Shown piece after piece: positions 8,459-17,345 of a stretch of DNA of 40,059 nt. Below the pieces are notes generated by a model that saw only the letters and a program-made list of their open reading frames with translations, was not told the origin of the DNA and made no database searches. Made by a program: the position numbers and the translations under genes. Origin of the DNA: Anaeromyxobacteraceae bacterium (GTDB lineage: Bacteria > Myxococcota > Myxococcia > Myxococcales > Anaeromyxobacteraceae). The stretch spans positions 1 to 40,059 of the forward strand of contig JAULAX010000006.1 in NCBI GenBank assembly GCA_032654565.1, written 5' to 3'. The first letter of the stretch is position 1. Every line of letters starts with the position of its first letter.

Positions 8459-10027
8459 ATGGGGTTTCGGGAGCTGACGATGGTCGACGTGAGGGAGTTG
8501 CTGCGGCGGTACCAGGCAGGCGAGAGCACGCGGCGAACGGCGCGTGAGTGCGGCGCGGACCGCAAGACGGTGAAGCGGTACTACGAGGCGGCCGAGCAGT
8601 GCGGCGTGCGCGTCGGCGTCGAGCTGACCGATGCGGTGGTGGGCGAGGTGGCCCGGCGGATCCAGGCGCGCCCGGCGCCGGCCCCGTCGGACGCATGGAA
8701 GGCGCTGGTGCCAGCGCGGGAGCGGATCGAGGGGTGGCTCAAGGCCGAGCGGCCGCTGCGGCTGGTCCGGATCCGTGAACTCCTGGCGCGCGAGGGCATC
8801 AAGGTCTCGTACAGCACGCTGCGGCGCTACGCGCTGAGCGAGTTCGGGGTGGGCGGACCACGGGTCACCGTGCGGCTCTCCGACACGCCGCCCGGCGAGG
8901 AGGCGCAGGTCGACTTCGGGCACATGGGCTGGCTCGTCGACATCACAGGCCAGCGGCGCAAGCTCTGGGTGCTCATCGTGACCTTGAGCTTCAGCAGGCA
9001 CATGTTCGTCTGGCCGACGCTGACACAGACGGTGAGTGACGTGTGCGAGGGGCTCGACGCGGCCTGGCGCTTCTTCGGCGGTATCCCGAAGCGGGTGGTC
9101 ATCGACAACGCCTCCTCGATGGTGACGGTGGCGAACGCCCAGGCGCCCGGCCTTCAGCGGTCGTTCCAGGAGTACGCGCAGGCCCGGGGCATCCTCGTCG
9201 ACCCGGCCCGGGTGCGGAGCCCTCAGGACAAGGGCCGTGTCGAGAACGCCATGCCCTACGTGCGCGAGCGGTGGAGCGACGGCGAGCGGTTCCTCGACCT
9301 CGGTGACTCGCGTCGGTCGGCGGAGACGTGGTGCCGCGAGGTCGCCGGCCGGCGGGTCCACGGCACCACCCGCGCCGTGCCTCTGGAGGTGTTCGAGGCC
9401 GAGGAGAAGGCCCACCTCATGCCGCCGCCGCAGGAGCGCTTCGACGTGCCGACGTGGGGCCTGGCCAAGGTGCACCCTGACCACCACCTCCAGGTGGCGC
9501 GCAGCCTCTACTCGGTCCCGACCGCCTACATCGGCAGGCAGCTCGACTACCGGCTCGACAGCAAGATCGTCCGCTTCTACAGCGGCGCAGAGCTGGTGAA
9601 GCTGCACGCCCGGGTCGCGCCGGGCAAGCGGTCCACCGATCCGGCCGACTACCCCCGCACCAAGACGGCCTACGCCCTGCGCAGCGTCGATGCCTTGGTG
9701 AAGGCGGCCCAGCAGCAGGGGCCCGGCGTCGGCGCCTTCGCGCAGCGACTCCTCGGGGGACCGCTGCCCTGGTCGAAGATGCGCCAGGCGCAGGCACTGG
9801 TGCGGTTGTGCGACCGCTACGGTGCCGATCGGGTGGAGGCCGCCTGCCAGCGGTCCATCGCCTTCGAGGTCTTCGACGTCCCGCGCATCGAGCGCCTTCT
9901 GAAGCTGGCGCGGGCCTGCGAGGACGACGGCGAGGCGACCGGCAAGGTGGTCCGCCTCCCGGGGCGCTTCGCCCGGGCCCCCGAGCACTTCACGACCCGC
10001 CGCCCGAACGACGGAGGTGCGCCGTGA
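8459..10027 (+). CDS. istA: IS21 transposase IstA
   Basis: PGEEAQVDFG, VIDN, PARVRSPQDKGRVE motifs. Confidence 0.95.
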   Translation: MGFRELTMVDVRELLRRYQAGESTRRTARECGADRKTVKRYYEAAEQCGVRVGVELTDAVVGEVARRIQARPAPAPSDAWKALVPARERIEGWLKAERPLRLVRIRELLAREGIKVSYSTLRRYALSEFGVGGPRVTVRLSDTPPGEEAQVDFGHMGWLVDITGQRRKLWVLIVTLSFSRHMFVWPTLTQTVSDVCEGLDAAWRFFGGIPKRVVIDNASSMVTVANAQAPGLQRSFQEYAQARGILVDPARVRSPQDKGRVENAMPYVRERWSDGERFLDLGDSRRSAETWCREVAGRRVHGTTRAVPLEVFEAEEKAHLMPPPQERFDVPTWGLAKVHPDHHLQVARSLYSVPTAYIGRQLDYRLDSKIVRFYSGAELVKLHARVAPGKRSTDPADYPRTKTAYALRSVDALVKAAQQQGPGVGAFAQRLLGGPLPWSKMRQAQALVRLCDRYGADRVEAACQRSIAFEVFDVPRIERLLKLARACEDDGEATGKVVRLPGRFARAPEHFTTRRPNDGGAP

Positions 10028-10845
10028 AGGCCCGGACCCTGGCCCCGGAGCTCACCGCCGCGTTCAAGCGGCTGCGCCTCGGCGGCATCCTCCCCACGCT
10101 CCCCGAGCGCATCGCCCTCGCCGAGAAGGACTCCACGCCCTTCGATGACCTGCTGCTCATGCTGCTCGTCGATGAGATCGAGCGGCGCAAGAGCACGGCC
10201 TCGCGGCGCCGCGCCGAGGAGGCCGGGCTCGAGCCCGACATGCTGATCGAGCGCTGGGACAAGTCAGCCAAGGTGCACTTCGACAGGCGCGTCTTCCAGG
10301 AGTTGTGCAGTCTGCGCTTCGTCGACGACGCCCGGAACGTCGTCATCCTCGGCCCGGTCGGCGTCGGGAAGACCTTCCTCGGCTGCGCCCTCGGCCACCT
10401 CGCCTGCAAGAGCGGCTTCAACGTCCGCTTCAGCAGGGCCGACGCGCTCCTGCGCCTGCTGCGCCAGAGCCGCCTCGACAACTCGCGCGACGGCCTCATG
10501 GCCGAGCTCATCGCCGTCGACCTGCTGGTCATCGACGACTTCGCCCTCGAGCCCATGACCCGCGAGGAGAGCCGCGACGTCTATCAGCTCTTCGTGGAGC
10601 GGACCGGCCGCGCCGCCACCGTGGTCACAAGCAACCGGGACACCGCCGAGTGGCTCACCACGTTCGACGACTCCCTCCTCGCCCAGAGCGCCATCGACCG
10701 CTTCCAGAACGCGGCCTACGACCTGGTCATCGAGGGCGAGTCCTACCGGCCACGCCTCAAGCCCACCATCGACAAGGTCGGCCCGCCACCCGAGCGCCCC
10801 GTCGAGAAGCGGCCCGTCCACCCCCGGCAGAAGCGGCGCCGGTAG
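10024..10845 (+). CDS. istB: IS21 helper AAA+ ATPase IstB
   Basis: GPVGVGKT, LLVIDDF, VTSN, AIDR; GTGA overlap with istA. Confidence 0.95.
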   Translation: MKARTLAPELTAAFKRLRLGGILPTLPERIALAEKDSTPFDDLLLMLLVDEIERRKSTASRRRAEEAGLEPDMLIERWDKSAKVHFDRRVFQELCSLRFVDDARNVVILGPVGVGKTFLGCALGHLACKSGFNVRFSRADALLRLLRQSRLDNSRDGLMAELIAVDLLVIDDFALEPMTREESRDVYQLFVERTGRAATVVTSNRDTAEWLTTFDDSLLAQSAIDRFQNAAYDLVIEGESYRPRLKPTIDKVGPPPERPVEKRPVHPRQKRRR

Positions 10846-11068
10846 GGCTCGACGCGGGCGACTGTTTCATGCGATCTGGAAGGCGGTCGCTCGCGTCTCA
10901 CCCCGGCCCCATGTGCCTGGCGAGGGGTGGTCCCATGAGCCTGGCTGGTGACAGAAGGCCCTGAACATGGCCACTACGTCCGCTCTTCTAGAAGGCGGGT
11001 GCAAGGGATCGCCGCGTTGATGCGACCCGGCGAAAGCCTGAATCGCATCCGCTCCGACGTGCGGCTTC

Positions 11069-11083
11069 GAGCGGCAACCGCTC
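11069..11083 (+). promoter_or_regulatory. Candidate enhancer palindrome 1 (GAGCGGCAACCGCTC)
   Basis: Same motif upstream of all three sigma54 promoters. Confidence 0.65.
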
Positions 11084-11170
11084 CGCTCCGCCCGTGCCGG
11101 ACCGGCTCGCGGTGACGACGCCCCGCGTCAGGTGGCGGCCATCGCTGGCCTTCCTGCCAGCACCCCCTTC

Positions 11171-11186
11171 CGGCACGCGGGATGCT
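11171..11186 (+). promoter_or_regulatory. sigma54 -24/-12 promoter (lactonase operon)
   Basis: CGGCACGCGGGATGCT, GG-N10-GC. Confidence 0.75.
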
Positions 11187-11318
11187 CTCAGCAGATCATC
11201 CCGTGGCCTTGCGGCCATCAGGTGCAGCACTTTAGAGCATTCCTCTCAGATGGCTCTGCGTGTCGTCGTTCACCGCTTGACTTCCACACCCCTCCTCGGG
11301 GTGCCAGGAGTGGCAACC

Positions 11319-12185
11319 ATGAAGCTCCGCATCTTCCGCGCCGTCGCCGCGTCGTTTCTCGCGCTGGTCCTATTGGCCTCGACGTCCGCGCTGGCCGCGG
11401 CGCCCGCAGGCACCAGGCTCTACGTGTTCACGTCGGGGTCCCTGACGTTCGGGAAGGCTGGCCTCCAGAACGGCGCCGCGGGTGACATCACCATCCCGGT
11501 CGGCTTCTACGTCATTAAGCACCCGAAGGGCGTGGTGCTCTTCGACACCGGCAACAACGACAAGACCATCAAGGACGCGGCCGGCTACTGGGGGCCGCTC
11601 GCCAAGGGGCTGGGCTTGAAGATGACGGCCGACGACGCCATCGACGTCCAGCTCGCCAAGATCGGCGTCAAGCCCTCCGACGTGAAGTTCGTGGTCCTCG
11701 GCCACATGCACCTGGACCACGCCGGCAACATGCAGAAGTTCCCGAACGCCACCTTCCTGATCCAGAACGACGAGCTGGCGGCGGCCGGCTGGCCGGAGAC
11801 CGGCTACAACGTCTTCTACGTCGCCGGTGACTTCTCCGAGGCCAAGAACTACAGCATCGTCCGGCTCAAGGGCGACCTCGACCTGTTCGGCGACAAGAGC
11901 GTCGAGGTGGTGCGGTCGCCCGGCCACACCCCGGGCAGCCAGTTCGCCGTGGTGCGCCTCGCCAAGACCGGCACCGTGGTCCTCACCAGCGACGCCTGCT
12001 ACCTGAAGGAGAACCTGGAGAAGAACCTGATCCCGGGCGTGGGTGGCAGCTGGAGCCCCCAGGGGCTCTACCTCGGCTACGAGAAGATCCGCATGATCCG
12101 TGACTCGGAGGGCGCCAGCGTCTTCTTCGCCCACGACCCCGAGGTCTTCAAGGCCACCAAGAAGGCGCCCGAGTTCTACGAATAG
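11319..12185 (+). CDS. Exported metallo-beta-lactamase-fold lactonase (AiiA/AttM family)
   Basis: Sec signal peptide; LFDTG, HMHLDH, GHTPG, SDACY, FAHD metal/active-site motifs; RBS AGGAG. Confidence 0.9.
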   Translation: MKLRIFRAVAASFLALVLLASTSALAAAPAGTRLYVFTSGSLTFGKAGLQNGAAGDITIPVGFYVIKHPKGVVLFDTGNNDKTIKDAAGYWGPLAKGLGLKMTADDAIDVQLAKIGVKPSDVKFVVLGHMHLDHAGNMQKFPNATFLIQNDELAAAGWPETGYNVFYVAGDFSEAKNYSIVRLKGDLDLFGDKSVEVVRSPGHTPGSQFAVVRLAKTGTVVLTSDACYLKENLEKNLIPGVGGSWSPQGLYLGYEKIRMIRDSEGASVFFAHDPEVFKATKKAPEFYE

Positions 12186-12215
12186 GCTCGGGCCAGTGCT
12201 CCGGGATCTCTCCAG

Positions 12216-12905
12216 ATGGTGACCTTCGACCGGGTGACGAAGCGGTACGGCAGCTTCACCGCCGTCCGCGACGTGAGCCTGACCGTCGAGGCCGGGGAGA
12301 TCCTGGGCCTGCTCGGCCCCAACGGGTCGGGCAAGACCACGCTGATCCGGATGCTGACCGGCTACCACTCCCCGACGTCGGGGACGCTCTCGGTGGCTGG
12401 CTTCGATACCGTGCACCGGCCCATGGAGACGCGCCGGCGCATCGGCTACGTCCCCGAGTCCCACCCCGCCTACGGCCACATGCGGGTTCGCGAGTTCCTC
12501 CGCTTCATGGCCAGCCTGCGCGGCGTGGCGCCGTCGGCGCTCCCGGCGGCCATCGACGAGACGGTCGAGGCGCTCTCGCTCGCCGAGGTGCTCGGGAAGC
12601 CCATCCACACGCTGTCCCGCGGCTACCGGCAGCGGGTGGCCATCGCCCAGGCGCTGGTCCACTCTCCCGACGTGCTGATCCTCGACGAACCCACCAACGG
12701 CCTGGACCCGCGCCAGATCATCGAAACACGGAACCTGATCCGCGGGCTGGCCGGCCGGCGCACCGTCATCATGACCTCGCATATCCTGAGCGAGATCGCC
12801 CGGACCGTGGACCGCGTCGCCATCCTGCTCCGGGGCGAGCTGCTCACCGTCAGGTCCATGGCCGAGACCCCGGACCTCGAGAAGCTCTTCCTCTCGCTCG
12901 CATGA
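12216..12905 (+). CDS. ABC-2 type ATP-binding protein (GldA-like)
   Basis: GPNGSGKT, LSRGYRQR, ILDEPTNGLD, TSH. Confidence 0.93.
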   Translation: MVTFDRVTKRYGSFTAVRDVSLTVEAGEILGLLGPNGSGKTTLIRMLTGYHSPTSGTLSVAGFDTVHRPMETRRRIGYVPESHPAYGHMRVREFLRFMASLRGVAPSALPAAIDETVEALSLAEVLGKPIHTLSRGYRQRVAIAQALVHSPDVLILDEPTNGLDPRQIIETRNLIRGLAGRRTVIMTSHILSEIARTVDRVAILLRGELLTVRSMAETPDLEKLFLSLA

Positions 12906-13603
12906 GAACGCTCGGCGTCCTGCTGCGGAAGGAGCTGCACGCGACCTTCACCTCTCCAGTGGCCTGGGTGGTCTCGGCCGTCTACCTGCTGGTGGCCGGC
13001 TACACCTTCAGCCTGTCACTCTTCTTCTCCAAGGTCGCCAACCTCACCTACATCTTCCACCAGATCTACATCCTGCTGGTGCTGCTGGTCCCGGTCATCA
13101 CCATGCGGGCGTTTGCCGAGGAGCGGAAGGCCGACACGCTGGAGCTGCTCCTCACCGCGCCCATCCGGGAGATCTGGATCGTCCTCGCCAAGTACCTGTC
13201 GACCATGGCCCTGGTGGGCGGCTTGCTGGTGCTCTCCTTCTCCTACGCGGTGGTGCTCCTCCTCTATGGCGAGCCGGACATGGCGCCCATCCTGGGTGGC
13301 TACCTGGCGCTCTTCCTGCTCGCCAGCCTGCTGGTCTCGGTGGGCACCTTCTGGTCGAGCATCACCGAGAACCAGGTGGTGGCCGCCTCGGCCTCGCTCG
13401 GCACCTTCCTGATGCTCTGGTTCATCGACTCGATCGCCTACCTGCTCCCGGCCCCGGCCGACCTCTTCTTCGTCAACCTCTCGATCCTCGGCCACTTCAC
13501 CCCGTTCGTGAGTGGCTCGCTCTTCTTCTCCGACGCCGGCTTCTTCCTGACCGGCACGCTGCTGGCCCTCCTCCTCACCACCCGCGCCCTCGCCGATCGC
13601 TGA
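12902..13603 (+). CDS. ABC-2 permease (GldF-like)
   Basis: KELHATFTSPVAW, TMRAFAEERKADTLELLLTAP, TENQVVAA. Confidence 0.9.
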   Translation: MRTLGVLLRKELHATFTSPVAWVVSAVYLLVAGYTFSLSLFFSKVANLTYIFHQIYILLVLLVPVITMRAFAEERKADTLELLLTAPIREIWIVLAKYLSTMALVGGLLVLSFSYAVVLLLYGEPDMAPILGGYLALFLLASLLVSVGTFWSSITENQVVAASASLGTFLMLWFIDSIAYLLPAPADLFFVNLSILGHFTPFVSGSLFFSDAGFFLTGTLLALLLTTRALADR

Positions 13604-13615
13604 GACCTCGGCTCC

Positions 13616-15097
13616 ATGAACATCCTCCTCTTCGCCGTCGTCATCGCCGCCCTGGGGGTGCTCTTCGCCGCAGCGCTCCAGGTGCCGGTGGGCCGGCTGG
13701 GCTGGCCGAGGTGGCTGGGCCGAGGCCTCCTCGGCGCCGGCGCGCTGGCGGCGACGGTGGCCGCCAACGTCGCCCTCTTCCGCAACGACAGCCACCTCGA
13801 CCTGACGGCCTCGAAGGCCTTCACGCCGGCGCCCGAGGTGGAGCAGCTGGTCCGCGACCTCAAGGTCGACGTCGAGCTGGTCTACTTCTTCCAGAAGCAG
13901 GACGCCGCCGGCCGCAGCGCCAAGATGCTGGTGGAGCTGCTCGGACGCGCCAGCCCTCGCCTGCACGTCCGCACCGTCGACGTCGACCAGTACCCCGGGG
14001 TTGCCAGCCGCTACGAGGTGCGCGGCTACAACGTGGCGGTGCTGGACTCGGGCGACCGCCGCGTGCAGGTGAGCTCCACCAGCGACCGGGACATCGGGCT
14101 GGGCATCCTGCGGGTGACCCGGGCCGAGGTCAAGACCATCTGCTTCACCATTGGTCACGGGGAGTACGACCTCGACAACATGGAGTACCACACGCACTTC
14201 GAGGGGGCGAACGGCCACAGCCACAGCGGCGAGGGCTCCGTGGTGGTGCTGATGGAGCAGCACGGCTTCGGCCGGGTGAGGCGGGCCCTCGAAGGGCTCG
14301 GGCTGGCGACCCGGAAGGTGGCCCTGGCCACCGCGGGGCGCGTACCGGCGGACTGCACGGTGCTGGTCGACGGCGGACCTCGAACCCGCTACACGCCCCT
14401 GGAGGTGGAGGCGATCTCCGGCTACCTCGCCGCCGGGGGCGCCACCCTGCTCCTCTTCGACCTCAACTTCCCGGTGGAGGCGTCGCTGGCCGGCCTGCTG
14501 GGGCGGCTGGGTGTCCGGGTTGGCGACGGCCTGGTGGTGGACCCAGCCGAGCACTACTTCACCGACGAGCAGATGGTGGCGGTGACCACCTACCCCCCGC
14601 ACGCCATCACCTCGGGGCTGGCCCTCTCCTTCTTCCCCGGGGTTCGGCCGCTGGAGCTGGGCACGCCCGCCCCGGGCATCACCACCGCACCGCTCGCGGT
14701 GAGCAGCCCCGCGAGCTTCGTGCGCCCGGTCCGGGCGGGTCCGCGGGACGGCACCGCCCATCCGCCCGAGGGCCCCCGCGTGCTCGCCGCCGCCTCGTCG
14801 GGGAGCTGGGGCGGCGGGCCGCCCGGTACGGCCTTCCGCGCCGTGATCGTGGGCGACGCCGACTTCGCCAGCAACTCCTTCTTCCCGTACATGTCCAACG
14901 CCGACCTGCTCCTCTCGTCGCTGTCCTGGCTGGCGAGGGAGGAGCGCGCCTCGACGCTGAAGCCGGCCGTGGAGGTGCTGCCGCGCGTCTCGCTCACCGG
15001 GCGCCAGGTGCAGGGCATCTTCGTCGCCATGGTCCTGGTCCTCCCGGGCCTGGCCGCGCTGGCAGGAGGGCTGCTCTGGTGGCGACGCCGACGCTGA
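13616..15097 (+). CDS. GldG-like ABC auxiliary protein with His-rich insert
   Basis: DLTASKAFT, CFTIGHGE, VGDADFASN, NADLLLSSLSWL, C-terminal TM-WWRRRR; EYHTHFEGANGHSHS. Confidence 0.85.
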   Translation: MNILLFAVVIAALGVLFAAALQVPVGRLGWPRWLGRGLLGAGALAATVAANVALFRNDSHLDLTASKAFTPAPEVEQLVRDLKVDVELVYFFQKQDAAGRSAKMLVELLGRASPRLHVRTVDVDQYPGVASRYEVRGYNVAVLDSGDRRVQVSSTSDRDIGLGILRVTRAEVKTICFTIGHGEYDLDNMEYHTHFEGANGHSHSGEGSVVVLMEQHGFGRVRRALEGLGLATRKVALATAGRVPADCTVLVDGGPRTRYTPLEVEAISGYLAAGGATLLLFDLNFPVEASLAGLLGRLGVRVGDGLVVDPAEHYFTDEQMVAVTTYPPHAITSGLALSFFPGVRPLELGTPAPGITTAPLAVSSPASFVRPVRAGPRDGTAHPPEGPRVLAAASSGSWGGGPPGTAFRAVIVGDADFASNSFFPYMSNADLLLSSLSWLAREERASTLKPAVEVLPRVSLTGRQVQGIFVAMVLVLPGLAALAGGLLWWRRRR

Positions 15098-15627
15098 GGA
15101 CCCTGGGCTGGGCGGCCATGGCGCTCGTCGCCGGCGGAGCCCTGCTCGCCCTGGCCACACGGGGCGAGCCGTCGGGAACGGGGCTGGCCCGCTTCGAGGC
15201 CGCCGGCGCGATGGTGGGCCTGTCGCCTGACCGGGCCACCGCCGTGGAGGTGCGCACCACCGACCGGCAGTGGCGCTTCGTCCGCACCGCCGCGGGTGGG
15301 TGGGCGGCCGCGGAAGGCTCGCCCCCCGGCGCCGCTGACCTCGGCGCCCAGGTCGAGGCGGGCCTGCGCTTTCTCCACGTCTCGGCGCCCCAGCGGGTCC
15401 TCGATCGCGAGGAGGTGCGCGCCGCCAGCCTGGCCGAGATGGGTCTGGCCCCGCCGCGGCTCACCGTCACCGTCTTCACCGGGGATCGGGCCGCCTTCGC
15501 GGCGGATCTGGGCGGACCCAACCCGCAGGGCCTGGCCCAGTACGCCCGCGTGGTGGGGTCCGACGAAGTGTTGCTGCTCAACCGGTACCTCGGTGAAGCC
15601 TGGCTCAAGGCGGTCAGCGCCCCATGA
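15079..15627 (+). CDS. DUF4340-like membrane-anchored protein
   Basis: GTG after AGGAGG; N-terminal TM; LAEMGLAPP...LGGPNPQGLAQYARV pattern; usual position after GldG. Confidence 0.7.
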   Translation: MATPTLRTLGWAAMALVAGGALLALATRGEPSGTGLARFEAAGAMVGLSPDRATAVEVRTTDRQWRFVRTAAGGWAAAEGSPPGAADLGAQVEAGLRFLHVSAPQRVLDREEVRAASLAEMGLAPPRLTVTVFTGDRAAFAADLGGPNPQGLAQYARVVGSDEVLLLNRYLGEAWLKAVSAP

Positions 15628-16682
15628 TCCGCCCCGCTGGGTCGCGCGCCGCGCTCGCGGTGCTCCTGCTGGTCGCCGGCTCGCGCGCCATGGCCCACAC
15701 CTCGAGCAACGGCCTGGCCCACGTCGCCATCGAGGGGACCACCGTCACCTACCGCCTCACCCTGGTGCTCCCTGAGCTGCCCGAGGCACCTCGGAAGCTG
15801 CTGGCGGCCGCCGCCGATGGCGACACCGCCGCCGCCGAGCAGGCGGTCGGTGAGCTGCGACGTCGGGTCATGGTCCGGTCCGGCGACGAGCCGTGCCGGC
15901 CCGGGCGCGCCACCGTGCGCGGCTCACGGCTCGGTGACGGCCGGGTGGATCTCGAGATGGCCTTCCGTTGTCAGGAGGCCCCCACCCGCCTGGTGCTGGG
16001 GGACGACTGGCCCGCGCTCTTCGGAGAGCACCACCAGACCCTGGCGCGCGTCGAGGTCCCCGGTGGACCCCACCAGCTCGCCTTCTCGGCCAGCCAGCCC
16101 GAGGGGACGGTGGAGGTGGGGCGCGGGGGCGGCACCGGCGCCAGCGGCTTCCTCTGGCTCGGCTTCGAGCACATCCTCTCCGGCTGGGACCACCTGCTGT
16201 TCCTGGCCGCGCTCCTGCTCCGGGGTGGCACGCTCCGGTCGATCCTCAAGATCATCACCGCCTTCACGCTGGCCCACAGCCTGACCCTGGCCGCGGCCGT
16301 GCTCGGGCTGGCCTCGCTCTCGCCGCGCTTCGTCGAGCCGGTCATCGCCGCCTCGATCGTCTGGGTGGCCATCGAGAACGTCCGGCAGGACAGACCGCCG
16401 CCGCGCCGCTGGCTGGCCGGCTTCGCCTTCGGGCTGGTCCATGGCTTCGGCTTCGCCACCGCGCTCCAGGAGCTCTCGCTCCCGCCCTGGCCGCTCGCCA
16501 AGGCCCTCATCCAGTTCAACCTCGGGGTCGAGGGCGGCCAGGCCCTGGTGGTCGTGGCCGTGCTTCCGTTCCTGACCTGGCTCCAGCGGACCCGCTGGGA
16601 GCCTCGAGTCGTCCGGGCGGCGTCGATGTGCCTGGCGGTGGTCGGCTCCGTCTGGTTCGTTCAGCGGCTCTTCGTGGCCTGA
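15624..16682 (+). CDS. HupE/UreJ-family (type 2) putative metal permease/chaperone
   Basis: Signal peptide then AH; GFEHILSGWDHLLFL, FTLAHSLTL, FGLVHGFGFA, FNLGVE. Confidence 0.9.
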   Translation: MIRPAGSRAALAVLLLVAGSRAMAHTSSNGLAHVAIEGTTVTYRLTLVLPELPEAPRKLLAAAADGDTAAAEQAVGELRRRVMVRSGDEPCRPGRATVRGSRLGDGRVDLEMAFRCQEAPTRLVLGDDWPALFGEHHQTLARVEVPGGPHQLAFSASQPEGTVEVGRGGGTGASGFLWLGFEHILSGWDHLLFLAALLLRGGTLRSILKIITAFTLAHSLTLAAAVLGLASLSPRFVEPVIAASIVWVAIENVRQDRPPPRRWLAGFAFGLVHGFGFATALQELSLPPWPLAKALIQFNLGVEGGQALVVVAVLPFLTWLQRTRWEPRVVRAASMCLAVVGSVWFVQRLFVA

Positions 16683-16696
16683 AGCGGAGGGGCCCG

Positions 16697-17040
16697 ATGG
16701 CGATCACCGTCCCCGGGCAGCCTGCCTGGGAGGACCGTGGCGTCATCGCCTGGACCCTGCCCCGCCGGCTCACCGCCTCGCTCGCCACGGCGACCGGGTC
16801 CGGGGAATCGCCGAGGGAGGAGCAGGTGGAGGGAATGAGGTGACGGGCCACTAGCAGAACGCGGTCGGCACCTCCGACGCCGCCAGCGCGGGCGTCATCA
16901 CCCGCCACCCCATCGAGGACCGACCCATCCTGCGACCTGGCGAGGTGCTGGAGCTGGTGCCCGGCCTGATCAGCACGCGGCGCGGCGGGGCCGGGAAGGC
17001 CAGCCAGCACGACCTGCGTGGCTCCAACCTCGACCACGAC
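16697..17040 (+). pseudogene. TonB-dependent receptor N-terminal remnant
   Basis: From 16837: EVTGH*QNAVGTSDAASAGVITRHPIEDRPILRPGEVLELVPGL...GKASQHDLRGSNLDH, a degraded plug domain with TAG at 16852. The upstream ATG (16697) is in another frame and no barrel follows. Confidence 0.75.
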
Positions 17041-17169
17041 GCGGTCGCCCGTGGTGTCCGCCACCTGCTCCACCTCCTGCTCCGATCCCTTCGGTGGAGC
17101 CGCCGATCCGGCCTCGCGACGTGGCGGTCCAGGCGCCCGAGCAGCCTGCGCGCGGGCGAGAGCGACTCC

Positions 17170-17184
17170 GAGCGCCATCCGCTC
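17170..17184 (+). promoter_or_regulatory. Candidate enhancer palindrome 2 (GAGCGCCATCCGCTC)
   Basis: Same motif; centre 95 bp upstream of the -24 GG. Confidence 0.6.
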
Positions 17185-17270
17185 CGAACCGCCCGCGGTC
17201 CCCTCGACGGCAGGGCCGACGCCACGCATCAAGCCACTGATTCCAGCGCCTTCCGCGGCGCGGAGACCGC

Positions 17271-17286
17271 CGGCACGGCGGATGCT
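17271..17286 (+). promoter_or_regulatory. sigma54 -24/-12 promoter (porin)
   Basis: CGGCACGGCGGATGCT. Confidence 0.75.
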
Positions 17287-17345
17287 CTACCAATGCGCAC
17301 CTCATGACTCGGAGTGAGATCGGAACCCCCCAACCTTCACCAAGG

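Larger units (their letters stand above)
8209..10953 (+). mobile_element. IS21-family element, intact
   Basis: TGTC...GACA ends, repeated CCAG(C/G)C..CATGGGACC motifs at both ends, 5-bp target duplication GAAGG (8204-8208 / 10954-10958), istA-istB. Confidence 0.95.

Noticed and set aside
11319..12185. Calling the lactonase a quorum-quenching enzyme or beta-lactamase
   Set aside because: The fold does not define the substrate; no luxI/luxR nearby and the context suggests catabolism.
12216..15097. Gliding-motility function for the GldAFG-like genes
   Set aside because: No other Gld/T9SS genes, and the context is metabolic.
16852..16854. In-frame TAG as pyrrolysine/readthrough
   Set aside because: The surrounding TonB plug is degenerate and truncated; simple decay explains it.
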